Shown here piece by piece: positions 48,809 through 59,307 of a DNA stretch of 64,000 nucleotides; position 1 is the stretch's first letter, and each line of letters begins with the position of its first letter. The notes beneath the pieces were generated by a model. The model saw only the letters and a list, made by a program, of their open reading frames with translations. It had not been told where the DNA came from and ran no database searches. The stretch covers positions 2,085 through 66,084 of the forward strand of contig VMGK01000005.1 of assembly GCA_007376535.1 (NCBI GenBank). Direction: 5' to 3'. Position numbers and translations under genes: made by a program. This DNA is from Candidatus Berkelbacteria bacterium Licking1014_7 (GTDB lineage: Bacteria > Patescibacteriota > UBA1384 > GWA2-35-9 > CG2-30-39-44).

Positions 48809-49417
48809 ATAACATGAGAGGATGGACTAACCGAATCTGAGGTAGTAGACAACCTTATAGAGATTTTAACAGGAAAAGAGGAAGAAGAAAGAGTGATAGC
48901 AAGAATACCGGAACCTGCAGCAGAAGCGCTAATTGAAGATTTAGGTTTGCCAGATGGAGGTCTGAAATGACATTAAAAGCAGTCCGGGCAGATGAAATCA
49001 CCAGGCCCAAAAAGCCAAAATCCGAAAAACCGCTAACTTGCTGAGAGGTAGAACATACTTTATATTATGATTTGACCATTGAGGATTGTGATAATGTAGG
49101 GTTGCATCAGCATTTATCCAGATGTCCAGGTTGTTTGAAAATGTTGCTTCAATTGCGGGCGGACAGATTACTACATCGCGGGAGAGTAGAAAAACCTGAA
49201 TACGTTTGATCGTTATTTCAATAGCAGTTATTTCGTGGGGCGGGAGCGTTCAAAGACGTCTCGCCTTTTTTTATATTGTGAATGAGTGTGGTATAATGTA
49301 ATTAAATCAAAAGTCAAAAGTCAAAAATTAAAAATCAAAATGGCCCCGAACAATCCCGGCGGTAGCGGGATATACGGGGCAGGCAAATTTCAAAATGTAA
49401 AAAATGTAAAAAAAATT

Positions 49418-49846
49418 ATGGCGCAAGCAATATTAGATAAATCAGGGGGTAAAGAGAGTAAAGACGGCGCAAATTCAGTAACAGAACGGGAAAATGTAAC
49501 CGGTGCAACCGACGCGCAAGGTGAAAAAATAACCACAGCAACAGAAGCGAATTTATCGCAAACAGAAACAATAGTAGATAAAGATGTGACAGAAACACCA
49601 GTAATCGCTGGAAAAACCGAAACCGCGTCAGCGCCTGACGCAACAGTTGAAGTGGGCAATTTGCCAGAAGCGCCAAGCCAAAGCCAACCCGGCGCAGAAG
49701 AAAAAGTGATATTGACAGATACAACGGTCTATCCGGGTAGTAAGGAAAATTTAGCGGATGCTCATATTGCAGATGATTTTGTAAAAAGATTGTTAGCATT
49801 AAAAGAAGCCAACGAAAATCAAGGAGATGGGACAGAACAAGTTTAA
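49418..49846 (+). CDS. Acidic low-complexity hypothetical protein
   Basis: ORF; start placed after upstream repeats. Confidence 0.55.
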   Translation: MAQAILDKSGGKESKDGANSVTERENVTGATDAQGEKITTATEANLSQTETIVDKDVTETPVIAGKTETASAPDATVEVGNLPEAPSQSQPGAEEKVILTDTTVYPGSKENLADAHIADDFVKRLLALKEANENQGDGTEQV

Positions 49847-49980
49847 TCTCAAATCTCAAAATTCAAAATGACAATGTAAAATTCAAAATGATTTTGCATT
49901 TTGGATTATATTAAGCGATTTTTTCCCGCACTGCGATACGGGCGGGAATGCCAAGGCGGGGGAGTGTTAACAAAATTAAG

Positions 49981-52461
49981 ATGATTTTTATAATAATTTT
50001 CGGGATATTGATCTTGGTCTTTGGTATAGGACTGATAATTTTTAGTTTGCAAAAAGAAGCGGCGCGCAAAAAACGGATTTTATCAACAGTTACTTTGCAA
50101 ATTACTGTTCCCAAAGAATCAACCCGCCGCGACGATCAAGACACTAGCAACGAACCAAAGGATTTTCGCGAGGCGATCGCGCCGACCGATCAATTTTTTT
50201 CTTCGCTTTCCTCGCTTTTTAACCGCGACTTTCGCCGCCAAATACTATCTGATCAAGATTATTTATCATTTGAAATTGTCTCGTATAAAAATGAAATTTC
50301 TTTTTACATTGCCTGCCCTAAGGATTTGATGAGTTTGGTTGAAAAACAGGTCAATTCGTATTATCCTTATGCTAATATTGAGCGGGTGCGCGGTCATAAT
50401 ATTTTTGCCATTGGCAATGGCAAGGTTTCAGCCAGTAACATTAAACTAGTCAAAAGATTTATTTTCCCAATAAAAACCTATCGCTATTTGGATTCTGATC
50501 CATTGAACAATTTGACTAACGCGCTTTCTAAAATGGGACAAAACGCGTCCGGCGCAATTCAGTTTTTGATTAAACCGATTTCAAATAACTGGCGGATGGC
50601 GCCAACGTCTGCCGCCAAGCAAGTGATGGAAGGAAAAAATACTTATATGTATTCAAAATGGTGGCAAAAGGCGCTGAGTAATTTTTGGGAAGGAACTTCA
50701 AAAAGCGCTTCGCGCGCCGCCACACTGCCCGGTCAAACCATGCAAACCGACAGCCAAGGCAATCAGATGTATCGCCACACCCCGGCGCAGGAAGAATTGA
50801 TGAAAGCGTTTAATGAAAAAGCCGCTAAGCCCGGTTTTGCGGTTGAAGCGCGGGTGGTGGCAGTTGCGCAGGATGAACAATCTGTTAAAATGCTTAAAAA
50901 TAATATTGTGAGCGCCTTTGCTCAATTTAACGCGCCGGCGTGGAATAGTTTCAGAACCTCTTCGGCTGAGCAAAAGCAAATTATTTTGGACTATATTACT
51001 CGTAATTTTAATAAGGGAAATGTGCTCAATTCTGAGGAGGTGGCGTCGCTTTGGCATTTGCCAAATAAATTTATCCAGACGCCGAATATCAAATGGTTGC
51101 AATCGCGCACTTTGCCCGCGCCCACCAATTTGCCAGAACAGGGTGTAGTGATAGGAAAAAGCGTTTATCGCGGCGAGGAAAAGTTGATTCGTTTTAAGGA
51201 CGATGATCGACGCCGTCATTTGTTTATGATTGGTAAAACCGGTGTTGGTAAAACCACTTTATTTGAAAATATGATTATGCAAGACATTTCTCAGGGCAAA
51301 GGGGTTTGTTTTGTTGATCCATTGGGCGATGCGATTGAATCAATTCTGCAAAAAATTCCCACTCATCGCGCCCGCGATGTGATTGTTTTTGATCCGTCTG
51401 ACACTGATTATCCGCTGGGACTTAATTTGCTTAATTGGGAAAAACCAGAAGAAAAGGATTTTTTAGTGTCTGAATGGTTGGAAATTTTCTACAAACTTTT
51501 TGATCCGGGTCGCACTGGTATAGTGGGACCGCAGTTTGAGCATTGGGGGAGAAATGCCGCGCTTTCAGTTATGAGTTTGCCTGAAGGCGGGACTTTGATT
51601 GATATTCCCCGCATGTTCACTGATGATGATTTTCGGGACAGAGTGATTGCGAATGTAAAAGATCCGGTCGTTCTGGCTTTCTGGCAAAAGCAATTAGTGA
51701 AAACCGCTGATTTTCATAAGTCAGAAATGTTTAATTATTTTATTTCTAAATTTGGACGGTTTATGACCAATGATTTGATGCGTAATATTATCGGTCAGGC
51801 GCGATCTACGTTTAATTTTCGACAGGTGATGGATGAGGGGAAGATTTTACTGATTAATTTGTCAAAGGGAAAAATCGGCGAGATGAATTCCAATCTTTTA
51901 GGTATGATTTTAGTGTCAAAAATTCAGGCGGGGGCATTCTCGCGCGCAGACATTAGCGAAGAAAACCGACGGGATTTTTACCTTTATGTTGACGAGTTTC
52001 AAAATTTTACCACTGATACATTTGCGACAATTTTGTCTGAAGCCAGAAAATACCGCTTAAATTTGAATATTACCAATCAGTACATTGCTCAATTAACAGA
52101 GAAAATTCGCGACGCGGTGATTGGCAATGCCGGCACATTGGTGGTCTATCGGATTGGCGCGGCTGACGGTGAATTTATGTCAAAAGAATTTCCCGGGGCA
52201 ACGATTGACGATATGGTTAATTTAGATAGATTTAAGACATATGTTAAATTGTTGATTGATTTGACGCCTTCAAAACCGTTTTCTATGCTGGGCATAAAAA
52301 CGAATTATCCTTCAAATCCACAAATGTCAGAGTGGATAAAACAGAATAGCCGGGCGCTTCACAGCCGGGCAAAGACGCAAGTTGAAAAAGAAATCGGCGG
52401 ACGCGGCGGCTTGACTGCGCCGCCGGCGCCCGAGCCAACCGAGGCGCTTCGCCAAACGTAG
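49981..52461 (+). CDS. VirD4/TraD-like coupling-protein ATPase (TrwB/HerA-type), membrane anchored
   Basis: GKTGVGKT, DPLGD, LYVDEFQN, SEARKY, NQY. Confidence 0.88.
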   Translation: MIFIIIFGILILVFGIGLIIFSLQKEAARKKRILSTVTLQITVPKESTRRDDQDTSNEPKDFREAIAPTDQFFSSLSSLFNRDFRRQILSDQDYLSFEIVSYKNEISFYIACPKDLMSLVEKQVNSYYPYANIERVRGHNIFAIGNGKVSASNIKLVKRFIFPIKTYRYLDSDPLNNLTNALSKMGQNASGAIQFLIKPISNNWRMAPTSAAKQVMEGKNTYMYSKWWQKALSNFWEGTSKSASRAATLPGQTMQTDSQGNQMYRHTPAQEELMKAFNEKAAKPGFAVEARVVAVAQDEQSVKMLKNNIVSAFAQFNAPAWNSFRTSSAEQKQIILDYITRNFNKGNVLNSEEVASLWHLPNKFIQTPNIKWLQSRTLPAPTNLPEQGVVIGKSVYRGEEKLIRFKDDDRRRHLFMIGKTGVGKTTLFENMIMQDISQGKGVCFVDPLGDAIESILQKIPTHRARDVIVFDPSDTDYPLGLNLLNWEKPEEKDFLVSEWLEIFYKLFDPGRTGIVGPQFEHWGRNAALSVMSLPEGGTLIDIPRMFTDDDFRDRVIANVKDPVVLAFWQKQLVKTADFHKSEMFNYFISKFGRFMTNDLMRNIIGQARSTFNFRQVMDEGKILLINLSKGKIGEMNSNLLGMILVSKIQAGAFSRADISEENRRDFYLYVDEFQNFTTDTFATILSEARKYRLNLNITNQYIAQLTEKIRDAVIGNAGTLVVYRIGAADGEFMSKEFPGATIDDMVNLDRFKTYVKLLIDLTPSKPFSMLGIKTNYPSNPQMSEWIKQNSRALHSRAKTQVEKEIGGRGGLTAPPAPEPTEALRQT

Positions 52462-52641
52462 ATAAATCAAATATCAAAAATTAAAAATCAAAATGACATA
52501 TCAAAAATTAAAAATATTTTTACATTTTAATATTTGTTTTTGATATTTGATATTTGATATTTGATTTATTAATAATAGGGAAAATAATTTCCACCATTGT
52601 TGATTAAAAATAATACAACAAAAACCTAAAATAATAATTTT

Positions 52642-53169
52642 ATGAAAAGTTTAGACGAAAAAGAACAAAAGTTGGCGCAAGAGTTTGAAAAAATGTTTTC
52701 TCATTTGGACTGCGCCATCTCGGCATTATCTGATTTGAAATCCGAGCTTTTTGAAATATACCAAAGTGAATTTTCTGTTCCGTCGGGCGCTAAACCAATT
52801 GATCAAAAAAATTTTATCGGTGTTTTTGACGGCAGATGCTTGAAGAGCGCGGATAAATTATTTCCGGTGCCAGAAAATTATATTTCAAAATCAAAAATTG
52901 TTGAGGGCGATAAATTAAAACTTACAATTGAGGCAGACGGAAGTTTTATTTTCAAACAGATTGACAGAGTAGAAAGAAAGAAACAAATAGGAAAAATTAT
53001 CGAAATTTCTGGAAAATATATGGCGCAAGTTAAAAAACGGCTTTATAAGGTTTTGCCTGCTGGCGTAAAATTTCATAAACCGTTGGTTGGCGATTTTGTG
53101 ACCATTGTTTTGCCGCGCGAGGGCGAAGCCAAGTGGGCGGTGATTGAAAATAAAATCGATAAAAATTAA
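52642..53169 (+). CDS. Conserved-looking hypothetical protein
   Basis: GVFDG...FPVPENYISKSKIVEGD.LKLTI..DGSFIFKQI. Confidence 0.7.
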   Translation: MKSLDEKEQKLAQEFEKMFSHLDCAISALSDLKSELFEIYQSEFSVPSGAKPIDQKNFIGVFDGRCLKSADKLFPVPENYISKSKIVEGDKLKLTIEADGSFIFKQIDRVERKKQIGKIIEISGKYMAQVKKRLYKVLPAGVKFHKPLVGDFVTIVLPREGEAKWAVIENKIDKN

Positions 53170-53171
53170 AT

Positions 53172-56096
53172 ATGTTAGCCATAATAATTTTATTGGGTTG
53201 CATTTTGCTGGCGATAATCATCGGGATAATTTTGCTGATTATAAGAATGCAAAAAGAGGAGAATAATCTGGAAAATTTTGTTGACGAGCAATATGTTTTA
53301 CTCGAGATTCTGGTGCCCAGAAATAATGAAAAAGGACCTCCTCACTCTGAAAGTATGTTTGCCGCCTTGCATGGAATTTTTGATCCCGGCAAGAATTATC
53401 AAGATCATATTAGTTTTGAAATTACCTCAAAAAATAAATATATTTTATTTTATTGTTGGGCGCCAGAACGACTAAAGGACTTTGTTGAAGGGCAGATTTA
53501 CGCGCAGTATCCCACAGTTGAAATTCGCGAGGCGCCAGAGGATTATTCGCTAAATTTAAATGCTAACTTAAAATTTGCCGGCACTACTTTAGAGTTAAAT
53601 AAAAGTGATGTTTTCCCGATAAAAACCTTTCCCAATTTTGAAGTTGATCCGCTGGCGTCGATTACCAGTGTTTTGTCAAAGGTCTCTGGCGATCAGCAGG
53701 TTTGGATTCAACTATTGGTCCGTCCGGTTTCAGATGATTGGCGACAAAAGGGCATTAGTTATGTGCGAGCGATAAAAGCCGGAGAAAGTGTTGAAAAACC
53801 ATCGCTTTCTTCACGGATTATCTTGGGGGCGTTTGATTTTACTAAGGAAGTGGTTAAAACCGCTACTACTGTGACTCCCCAAGAATCAGGAGCAGGGGAG
53901 AGTGAGCCGCCCAAACTTTCCGGACCTGAGGAAGAAGCGCTGAGCGCCATTGAGCAAAAGGTGGTTAAACTTGGTTTTGAAGCAAAAATCAGAATAGTTG
54001 CTTCGGCTGAAAACGAGGTGCAAGCGCGCAGTAAATTGCAAAATGCGGTCTCGGCGTTTAAGCAATTTAACGCGACTAACATTAATGGTTTTGTTGCCAA
54101 AGAGATTTTGACTAATCAGGATATTTTAGAAAAATATCAGCAAAGATCTTTTCAGAAAGATGGCTATATTTTAAATATTGAAGAATTGGCGTCAATTTTC
54201 CATTTGCCGCATATTACTGTGGAAACGCCGTCAATTGCTTGGGCAGGCGCTAAAAAGGGAGAGCCGCCCAGCAATTTGCCGATTGCGGGCACAGTTGACG
54301 ATATTGATTTGACTCTATTTGGCCGGACAAATTTTAGGCATTTTAATCAAAAATTTGGGATTAAATCGCGCGACCGGCGCTTGCACTTTTACGCGATTGG
54401 CAAAACCGGCACCGGAAAAACAACGATGTTGGAAAATATGATTATTGATGATATAGAAGAGGGGAGAGGGCTGGCGGTAGTGGATCCGCATGGAGATTTG
54501 ATTGAGCATATTTTAAATTTCATACCCGAAAAAAGAATCCAAGATGTGATATATTTTGCTCCGCACGATAGGCAATTTCCGATTGGATTTAATATTTTAG
54601 AGAAAGTTGATGATGATTTGAAATCAATTGTTGCTTCTGGCGTGGTCGGGGTTTTCAAAAAAATTTTTGGCGAGTCCTGGGGTCCCCGATTAGAGTATAT
54701 ACTAAGAAATACGGTTTTATCGCTTTTGGACTTGGATGATGCCACTATGCTGGGAATAACCCGGGTTTTGGTTGATAAGGCCTATCGAAAAAAAATGGTA
54801 GATAAAATCAAGGATCCGGTAATTAAGGATTTCTGGGTGAGTGAATATGAGCAATACGATGCAAAATTTCGCACTGAGGCAGTCGCGCCCATTCAAAATA
54901 AGGTTGGTCAGTTTTTGTCTACTTCTACCATTCGCAATATTGTTGGACAGTCAAAATCAACCATTGACATTCGTGAAATAATGGACAATAAGCGAATTTT
55001 TTTGATTGATTTGGCAGTCGGTAAAGTCGGGGAGGATGTGTCGTCTCTTCTTGGCGCGATGATGATTACAAAAATCCAGTTGGCTGCGATGCAAAGAGCC
55101 AATGTTCCAGAAGATGAGCGGATAGATTTTTATCTTTATGTGGACGAGTTTCAAAATTTTGCGACTGAAAGCTTTGCGACAATTTTATCCGAAGCGCGCA
55201 AATATCATTTGAATTTGATAATGACCAATCAATATATTGCCCAGATGCCAGAAGTGGTGCGCGACGCGGTTTTTGGCAACATTGGTTCTTTGGTGAGTTT
55301 TCGGGTTGGCGCAACTGACGCGGATTTTTTACAGAAAGAGTTTGAACCGGTTTTTGACGCTAATGATTTGGTAAATATGGATAATTATGATATCTATGTA
55401 AAAATGGCGATTGACGGTGTTACTTCAAATGCATTTTCAGCGCAGACCCTGCCGCCTAAAACCAAAAGATTTGGACACCGCGATCAAATTATTGATTTTT
55501 CACGCCATCGCTACAGCCAGAGTAGGGAAGAGATAGAGGAAAAAATTCAGCAATGGTCAAATGCGCTCGCTCAAGAAAATATTGAAACCCACAAAAAAGA
55601 TACGGTTATCGGGCAGGAAAGATCCGAAAAAATTAAGAACTTAGGGTATCGTAAAATTAAAAGTTTAACGGGAAATGATTGGTATGTTAGAGAAAATCAA
55701 AAATCAAAAATCAGAAATCAAATAGAAAATGTCAGTCAAGATAAAGCTCCATTTGCAAAAATCCCCGAAAGCTTGCGCCATCCGCCCCTGGCGGAAGCGG
55801 AGCAATACGGGGCAGGCACCCGATTAGATAACTTTGTATCTAACGGGGCAGGCAAAAATCAAATAGAATTAGAATCAAAATCTAAAGATGAGAGTAATCA
55901 TAGCAGTGATGATAGTAGTGCAACAGAATCAAAATATCAGGATGTTAGCCAAGATAAAAACGAGCCAGCCAAACCCAAAATTCCCCCCAGATATAGTATA
56001 TACTCTAAAAAACCAAAGAATTATGCGAAAGTTGACAAAAGTTTTTTTGATTTGAATAGGTTCAATAAAAAAGAGGATACTAAAAGTCGCCGGTGA
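53172..56096 (+). CDS. Second VirD4/TraD-like ATPase with repeat-derived C-terminal tail
   Basis: GKTGTGKT, DPHGD, LYVDEFQN, SEARKY. Confidence 0.88.
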   Translation: MLAIIILLGCILLAIIIGIILLIIRMQKEENNLENFVDEQYVLLEILVPRNNEKGPPHSESMFAALHGIFDPGKNYQDHISFEITSKNKYILFYCWAPERLKDFVEGQIYAQYPTVEIREAPEDYSLNLNANLKFAGTTLELNKSDVFPIKTFPNFEVDPLASITSVLSKVSGDQQVWIQLLVRPVSDDWRQKGISYVRAIKAGESVEKPSLSSRIILGAFDFTKEVVKTATTVTPQESGAGESEPPKLSGPEEEALSAIEQKVVKLGFEAKIRIVASAENEVQARSKLQNAVSAFKQFNATNINGFVAKEILTNQDILEKYQQRSFQKDGYILNIEELASIFHLPHITVETPSIAWAGAKKGEPPSNLPIAGTVDDIDLTLFGRTNFRHFNQKFGIKSRDRRLHFYAIGKTGTGKTTMLENMIIDDIEEGRGLAVVDPHGDLIEHILNFIPEKRIQDVIYFAPHDRQFPIGFNILEKVDDDLKSIVASGVVGVFKKIFGESWGPRLEYILRNTVLSLLDLDDATMLGITRVLVDKAYRKKMVDKIKDPVIKDFWVSEYEQYDAKFRTEAVAPIQNKVGQFLSTSTIRNIVGQSKSTIDIREIMDNKRIFLIDLAVGKVGEDVSSLLGAMMITKIQLAAMQRANVPEDERIDFYLYVDEFQNFATESFATILSEARKYHLNLIMTNQYIAQMPEVVRDAVFGNIGSLVSFRVGATDADFLQKEFEPVFDANDLVNMDNYDIYVKMAIDGVTSNAFSAQTLPPKTKRFGHRDQIIDFSRHRYSQSREEIEEKIQQWSNALAQENIETHKKDTVIGQERSEKIKNLGYRKIKSLTGNDWYVRENQKSKIRNQIENVSQDKAPFAKIPESLRHPPLAEAEQYGAGTRLDNFVSNGAGKNQIELESKSKDESNHSSDDSSATESKYQDVSQDKNEPAKPKIPPRYSIYSKKPKNYAKVDKSFFDLNRFNKKEDTKSRR

Positions 56097-56468
56097 AGAA
56101 TCTTCTGATGAGTCAGAAGAAACCGGATTTTAAGCGGGGGAGTGGTTTTCGGGGGAGTGGTCAAATTTAGACCATAAATAATAAACAATAGATAATAATG
56201 TCGGGAGCGCGGAAGGACTGAGCAGGGCAAAATGCAATTTTTAAAAATTTTGAACTAATAATTTTTTTAATAAAAAAAATTATAAAAAAAATCAGAAAAC
56301 GTGTCTAACCTCAAAATGTCGTAAAATATACATTGTGCGACGATATATTAAAAACATCAGGGAACGCATCCGTTACAATATTCCGTTACAATATTTCGTC
56401 CTCGCCTTCCCGAACATCCTCGCTATCGCTCGGATTACGGGACAAGCGCTCTCGGCTGCCTGCCCCGT

Positions 56469-56846
56469 TTATAATTGTTTCTCTCTAATCTCTTCCTCAA
56501 TTCTCTTTTTGCCCAATATATTAGATAATAGCCAATATCTGATAGTTCCGATGTTGGCGAAAATTCTCAATGTAAAGACGATTATCACCGCCAAATATAA
56601 ATCCAAACTCAATTTGTCTCCCAAGTAAGTAATAGCGACAGCCAGTATCATATTAAAAATTAAACCAGAGACAAAAATTGAATGATTATATTTATGTTGC
56701 AAGTCCGCGCGCATCGCGCCGAATATTGAGTCCAGTATGCCTAAGATTCCAATGGCGGTATAGCGCGTAAATTCAATCGGTATTTCGTAAGGCAGCCACA
56801 CGCCCAGCGCAATTCCGATTATAAGACCAAATAATGCAAACCACAT
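56469..56846 (-). CDS. Small basic membrane protein (DUF1290/Sbp family)
   Basis: LDSIFGAMRA, GDKLSLDLYLA, RIF.N...IR; AAAGGAG RBS. Confidence 0.85.
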   Translation of the reverse strand: MWFALFGLIIGIALGVWLPYEIPIEFTRYTAIGILGILDSIFGAMRADLQHKYNHSIFVSGLIFNMILAVAITYLGDKLSLDLYLAVIIVFTLRIFANIGTIRYWLLSNILGKKRIEEEIREKQL

Positions 56847-57110
56847 AAATGCTCCTTTCGTCGCATAAATTCCAAATTCCAAATTTCAAATCTTTAATTT
56901 GAAAATTAGAATTTTTAAATTGTTTATAATTTGTTACTTATGATTTGTTATTTATTTGACTTTCGTGGTCAAATTAACAGGCTAAAACGCTCAAAATTGC
57001 GCTCTCAAGCGTTTTTTACATTATAGCCGACTCTTTGTATATCCGCAAGCGTTTTTTAATAATTTTTAATTTTTCAAATATTCTAAAATCTAAAATCCAG
57101 TTTCTAAATT

Positions 57111-58004
57111 CTATTTTCTATGCCAGAAAACTAAAATGGGAGTGGCAATAAAAATTGACGAATATGTGCCAGTAATCATGCCAATCAGCATGGCTACAAT
57201 AAATGGCTGAATGGTATTTCCGCCCAAAGTTAACATTACTATCAATACCAAAATAATTGTTAGCGAGGTATTAAGCGATCTGCCCATTGTTTGAACTAAA
57301 CTGTAATTAGCGACCGATTCAATATCGAGACCTGAATAGGGTGAATTGCTGTGAAAATTTTCCCGAATTCTGTCAAAAACAACGATGGTGTCGTGAACGC
57401 TGAAGCCCAAAATTGTAAGCAGAGCGGTGATAAACATTGAATCAATTTCATAACCCCAAAAATGACTCAGGATGCTAAAAGCGCCCAAGACAATCAGTAG
57501 ATCGTGCACTAACGCGATTATCGCGCTTATACCAAATTTCCAGGGCGATAAAAATTTAGGCAGGCGGCGAAACGCCAAAGCAATATAAAAAATTATGGCA
57601 AACATTGCTAAAATTATGGCAAAAATTGATTTTTGGCGCAAATTCTGCGAAACTGTTGGTCCGACTGTTTCAAATCTTCTTTCCTCGCTCTCCCCTACTT
57701 TGTTTTTAATGGCATTAATTATTTCATTTTTTTTGTTTTCGTCTATTTCTTTCATTTTCAAAACCCAACCCCCCTCCCCTATTTGGTATATACTTAGGTT
57801 TTCTATATTTTTGTCGGCAAGGGCTTGTTTAATTTTGTCATTGGAAAAATTAGTGTTTTGTTTGGTTTCAATTTCAATAATTGATCCGCCGACAAAATCA
57901 ATTCCCAGACGCAATTTGAAAATCAACAGAGAAATAATCCCAGTCAAAATTATTATTCCGGATATCGCTAAATACCAAATTTTTTTTCTACCGAGAAGAT
58001 TCAT
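57111..58004 (-). CDS. secF: Protein translocase subunit SecF
   Basis: GIDFVGG, VGPT, HD, GFSVHDTIVVFDRIRE. Confidence 0.96.
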   Translation of the reverse strand: MNLLGRKKIWYLAISGIIILTGIISLLIFKLRLGIDFVGGSIIEIETKQNTNFSNDKIKQALADKNIENLSIYQIGEGGWVLKMKEIDENKKNEIINAIKNKVGESEERRFETVGPTVSQNLRQKSIFAIILAMFAIIFYIALAFRRLPKFLSPWKFGISAIIALVHDLLIVLGAFSILSHFWGYEIDSMFITALLTILGFSVHDTIVVFDRIRENFHSNSPYSGLDIESVANYSLVQTMGRSLNTSLTIILVLIVMLTLGGNTIQPFIVAMLIGMITGTYSSIFIATPILVFWHRK

Positions 58005-59290
58005 TTTTTTAATTTTTCTTTCAAAATCAGCAACATCAAAGTTTTTGAAATAGTAATGGCGGAAAACATTGAAACCAAAATTCCGATTAAAAGGGTGATG
58101 GCAAATCCTCGCACTAATCCGGTGCTTAACCAGATTAAAATTATGGCGGTGATAATTGAAGCCATATTTGAGTCGCGAATCGACAGCCAGGCGCGATCAA
58201 AGCCAGTTTCAATTGCCTCTTGGAGTGAATTCCCTTGTTTTAATTCTTCTTTGGTTCTTTCAAAAATTAAGATATTGGCGTCCACTGCCGCGCCGATTGA
58301 TAAAATAAAGCCGGCAATTCCAGAAAGTGTCAGGGTGATGGGAATCAATTTGAAAATCGCCAGCACAATTAAAGTATAAATAATGAGGGCAATGCCGGCA
58401 ATTAGTCCTGACAAGCGATAATAAAAAACCATATATACAAACACAACTAATAGCCCGATAATGCCAGCGATTAAACTTTTTTGAATTGATTCATTGCCAA
58501 GCGTGGCGCCAATGCTTCGCTCTGACACGACTTTGAGCGGCACTGGCAAAGCGCCGGAGTTGAGTTGCAATGCTAATTCGCGCGCGCCTTTTAAGGTAAA
58601 TTCACCAGTAATTACCGCGTCGCCAGCGCTAATTTCATTTTGCACAGTTGGCGCTGAAACGAGCGCGCCGTCTAACACGATCGCGACTGGTTTTCCAATA
58701 TTTCTGGCAGTTATTTCGCCAAACCGTCTTGCGCCTTCAGCATTAAATTTTAAGGAAATTTGTGGTTTATTATTGATTGATTGACTGTTAGCGCCAGAAA
58801 ATGTTACATCGGCTTTTGCCAGATGCGCGCCGGTCAGACCGGTTAAATTCCAGCCCGGAGCGCTGCCGTCTCCCCCGCCTTGACTCGGGTCTATCACTTG
58901 TTCTTCAAAAGTAAGTTCAGCGGTCTTGCCGATCGTGTCCAACGCTTCTTTGGGATTTTTTATTCCCGCTAATTCGACACTAATACCTTTTTTGTCGCCA
59001 TAAGATGTTTCGCGAATCGTTGGTTCGGATACGCCCAAACCATTGACTCGTTTTTCAATTACATTGATCGCGCCGGCCAGCGCTTGTTTTTGGTTGGCGG
59101 TCTCAATTTTAGAAAAGTCCGCTTCATATTCAATATGCACTCCGCCGGCCAGATCTAAGCCCTGGACAATATCAAGTTTTTTGTCAATAAACCAAAATTT
59201 TAAGTTTGGTCCAGATGGCATATCAATTAGAATCGCCAGCGCCAAAATTATTAGAATTAGGCACAACTTAGTAATAATATTTTTTTTCAT
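58001..59290 (-). CDS. secD: Protein translocase subunit SecD
   Basis: GLDLAGG, LGVSEP, SGALP, VDANILIFER. Confidence 0.96.
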   Translation of the reverse strand: MKKNIITKLCLILIILALAILIDMPSGPNLKFWFIDKKLDIVQGLDLAGGVHIEYEADFSKIETANQKQALAGAINVIEKRVNGLGVSEPTIRETSYGDKKGISVELAGIKNPKEALDTIGKTAELTFEEQVIDPSQGGGDGSAPGWNLTGLTGAHLAKADVTFSGANSQSINNKPQISLKFNAEGARRFGEITARNIGKPVAIVLDGALVSAPTVQNEISAGDAVITGEFTLKGARELALQLNSGALPVPLKVVSERSIGATLGNESIQKSLIAGIIGLLVVFVYMVFYYRLSGLIAGIALIIYTLIVLAIFKLIPITLTLSGIAGFILSIGAAVDANILIFERTKEELKQGNSLQEAIETGFDRAWLSIRDSNMASIITAIILIWLSTGLVRGFAITLLIGILVSMFSAITISKTLMLLILKEKLKK

Positions 59291-59307
59291 AGTGAAAGCG
59301 CGGTTGA

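Noticed and set aside
50311-50320. GCCTGCCC inside the first VirD4-like gene
   Set aside because: No closing CGGG clamp; it encodes an ordinary IACP segment, so it is a chance match.
56100-56230. Hammerhead ribozyme (CTGATGAG...GAAA) or SRP RNA (CGGAAGG...AGCAG)
   Set aside because: CTGATGA is sequestered in a perfect hairpin with no valid stem II, and the SRP helix pairing cannot be built.
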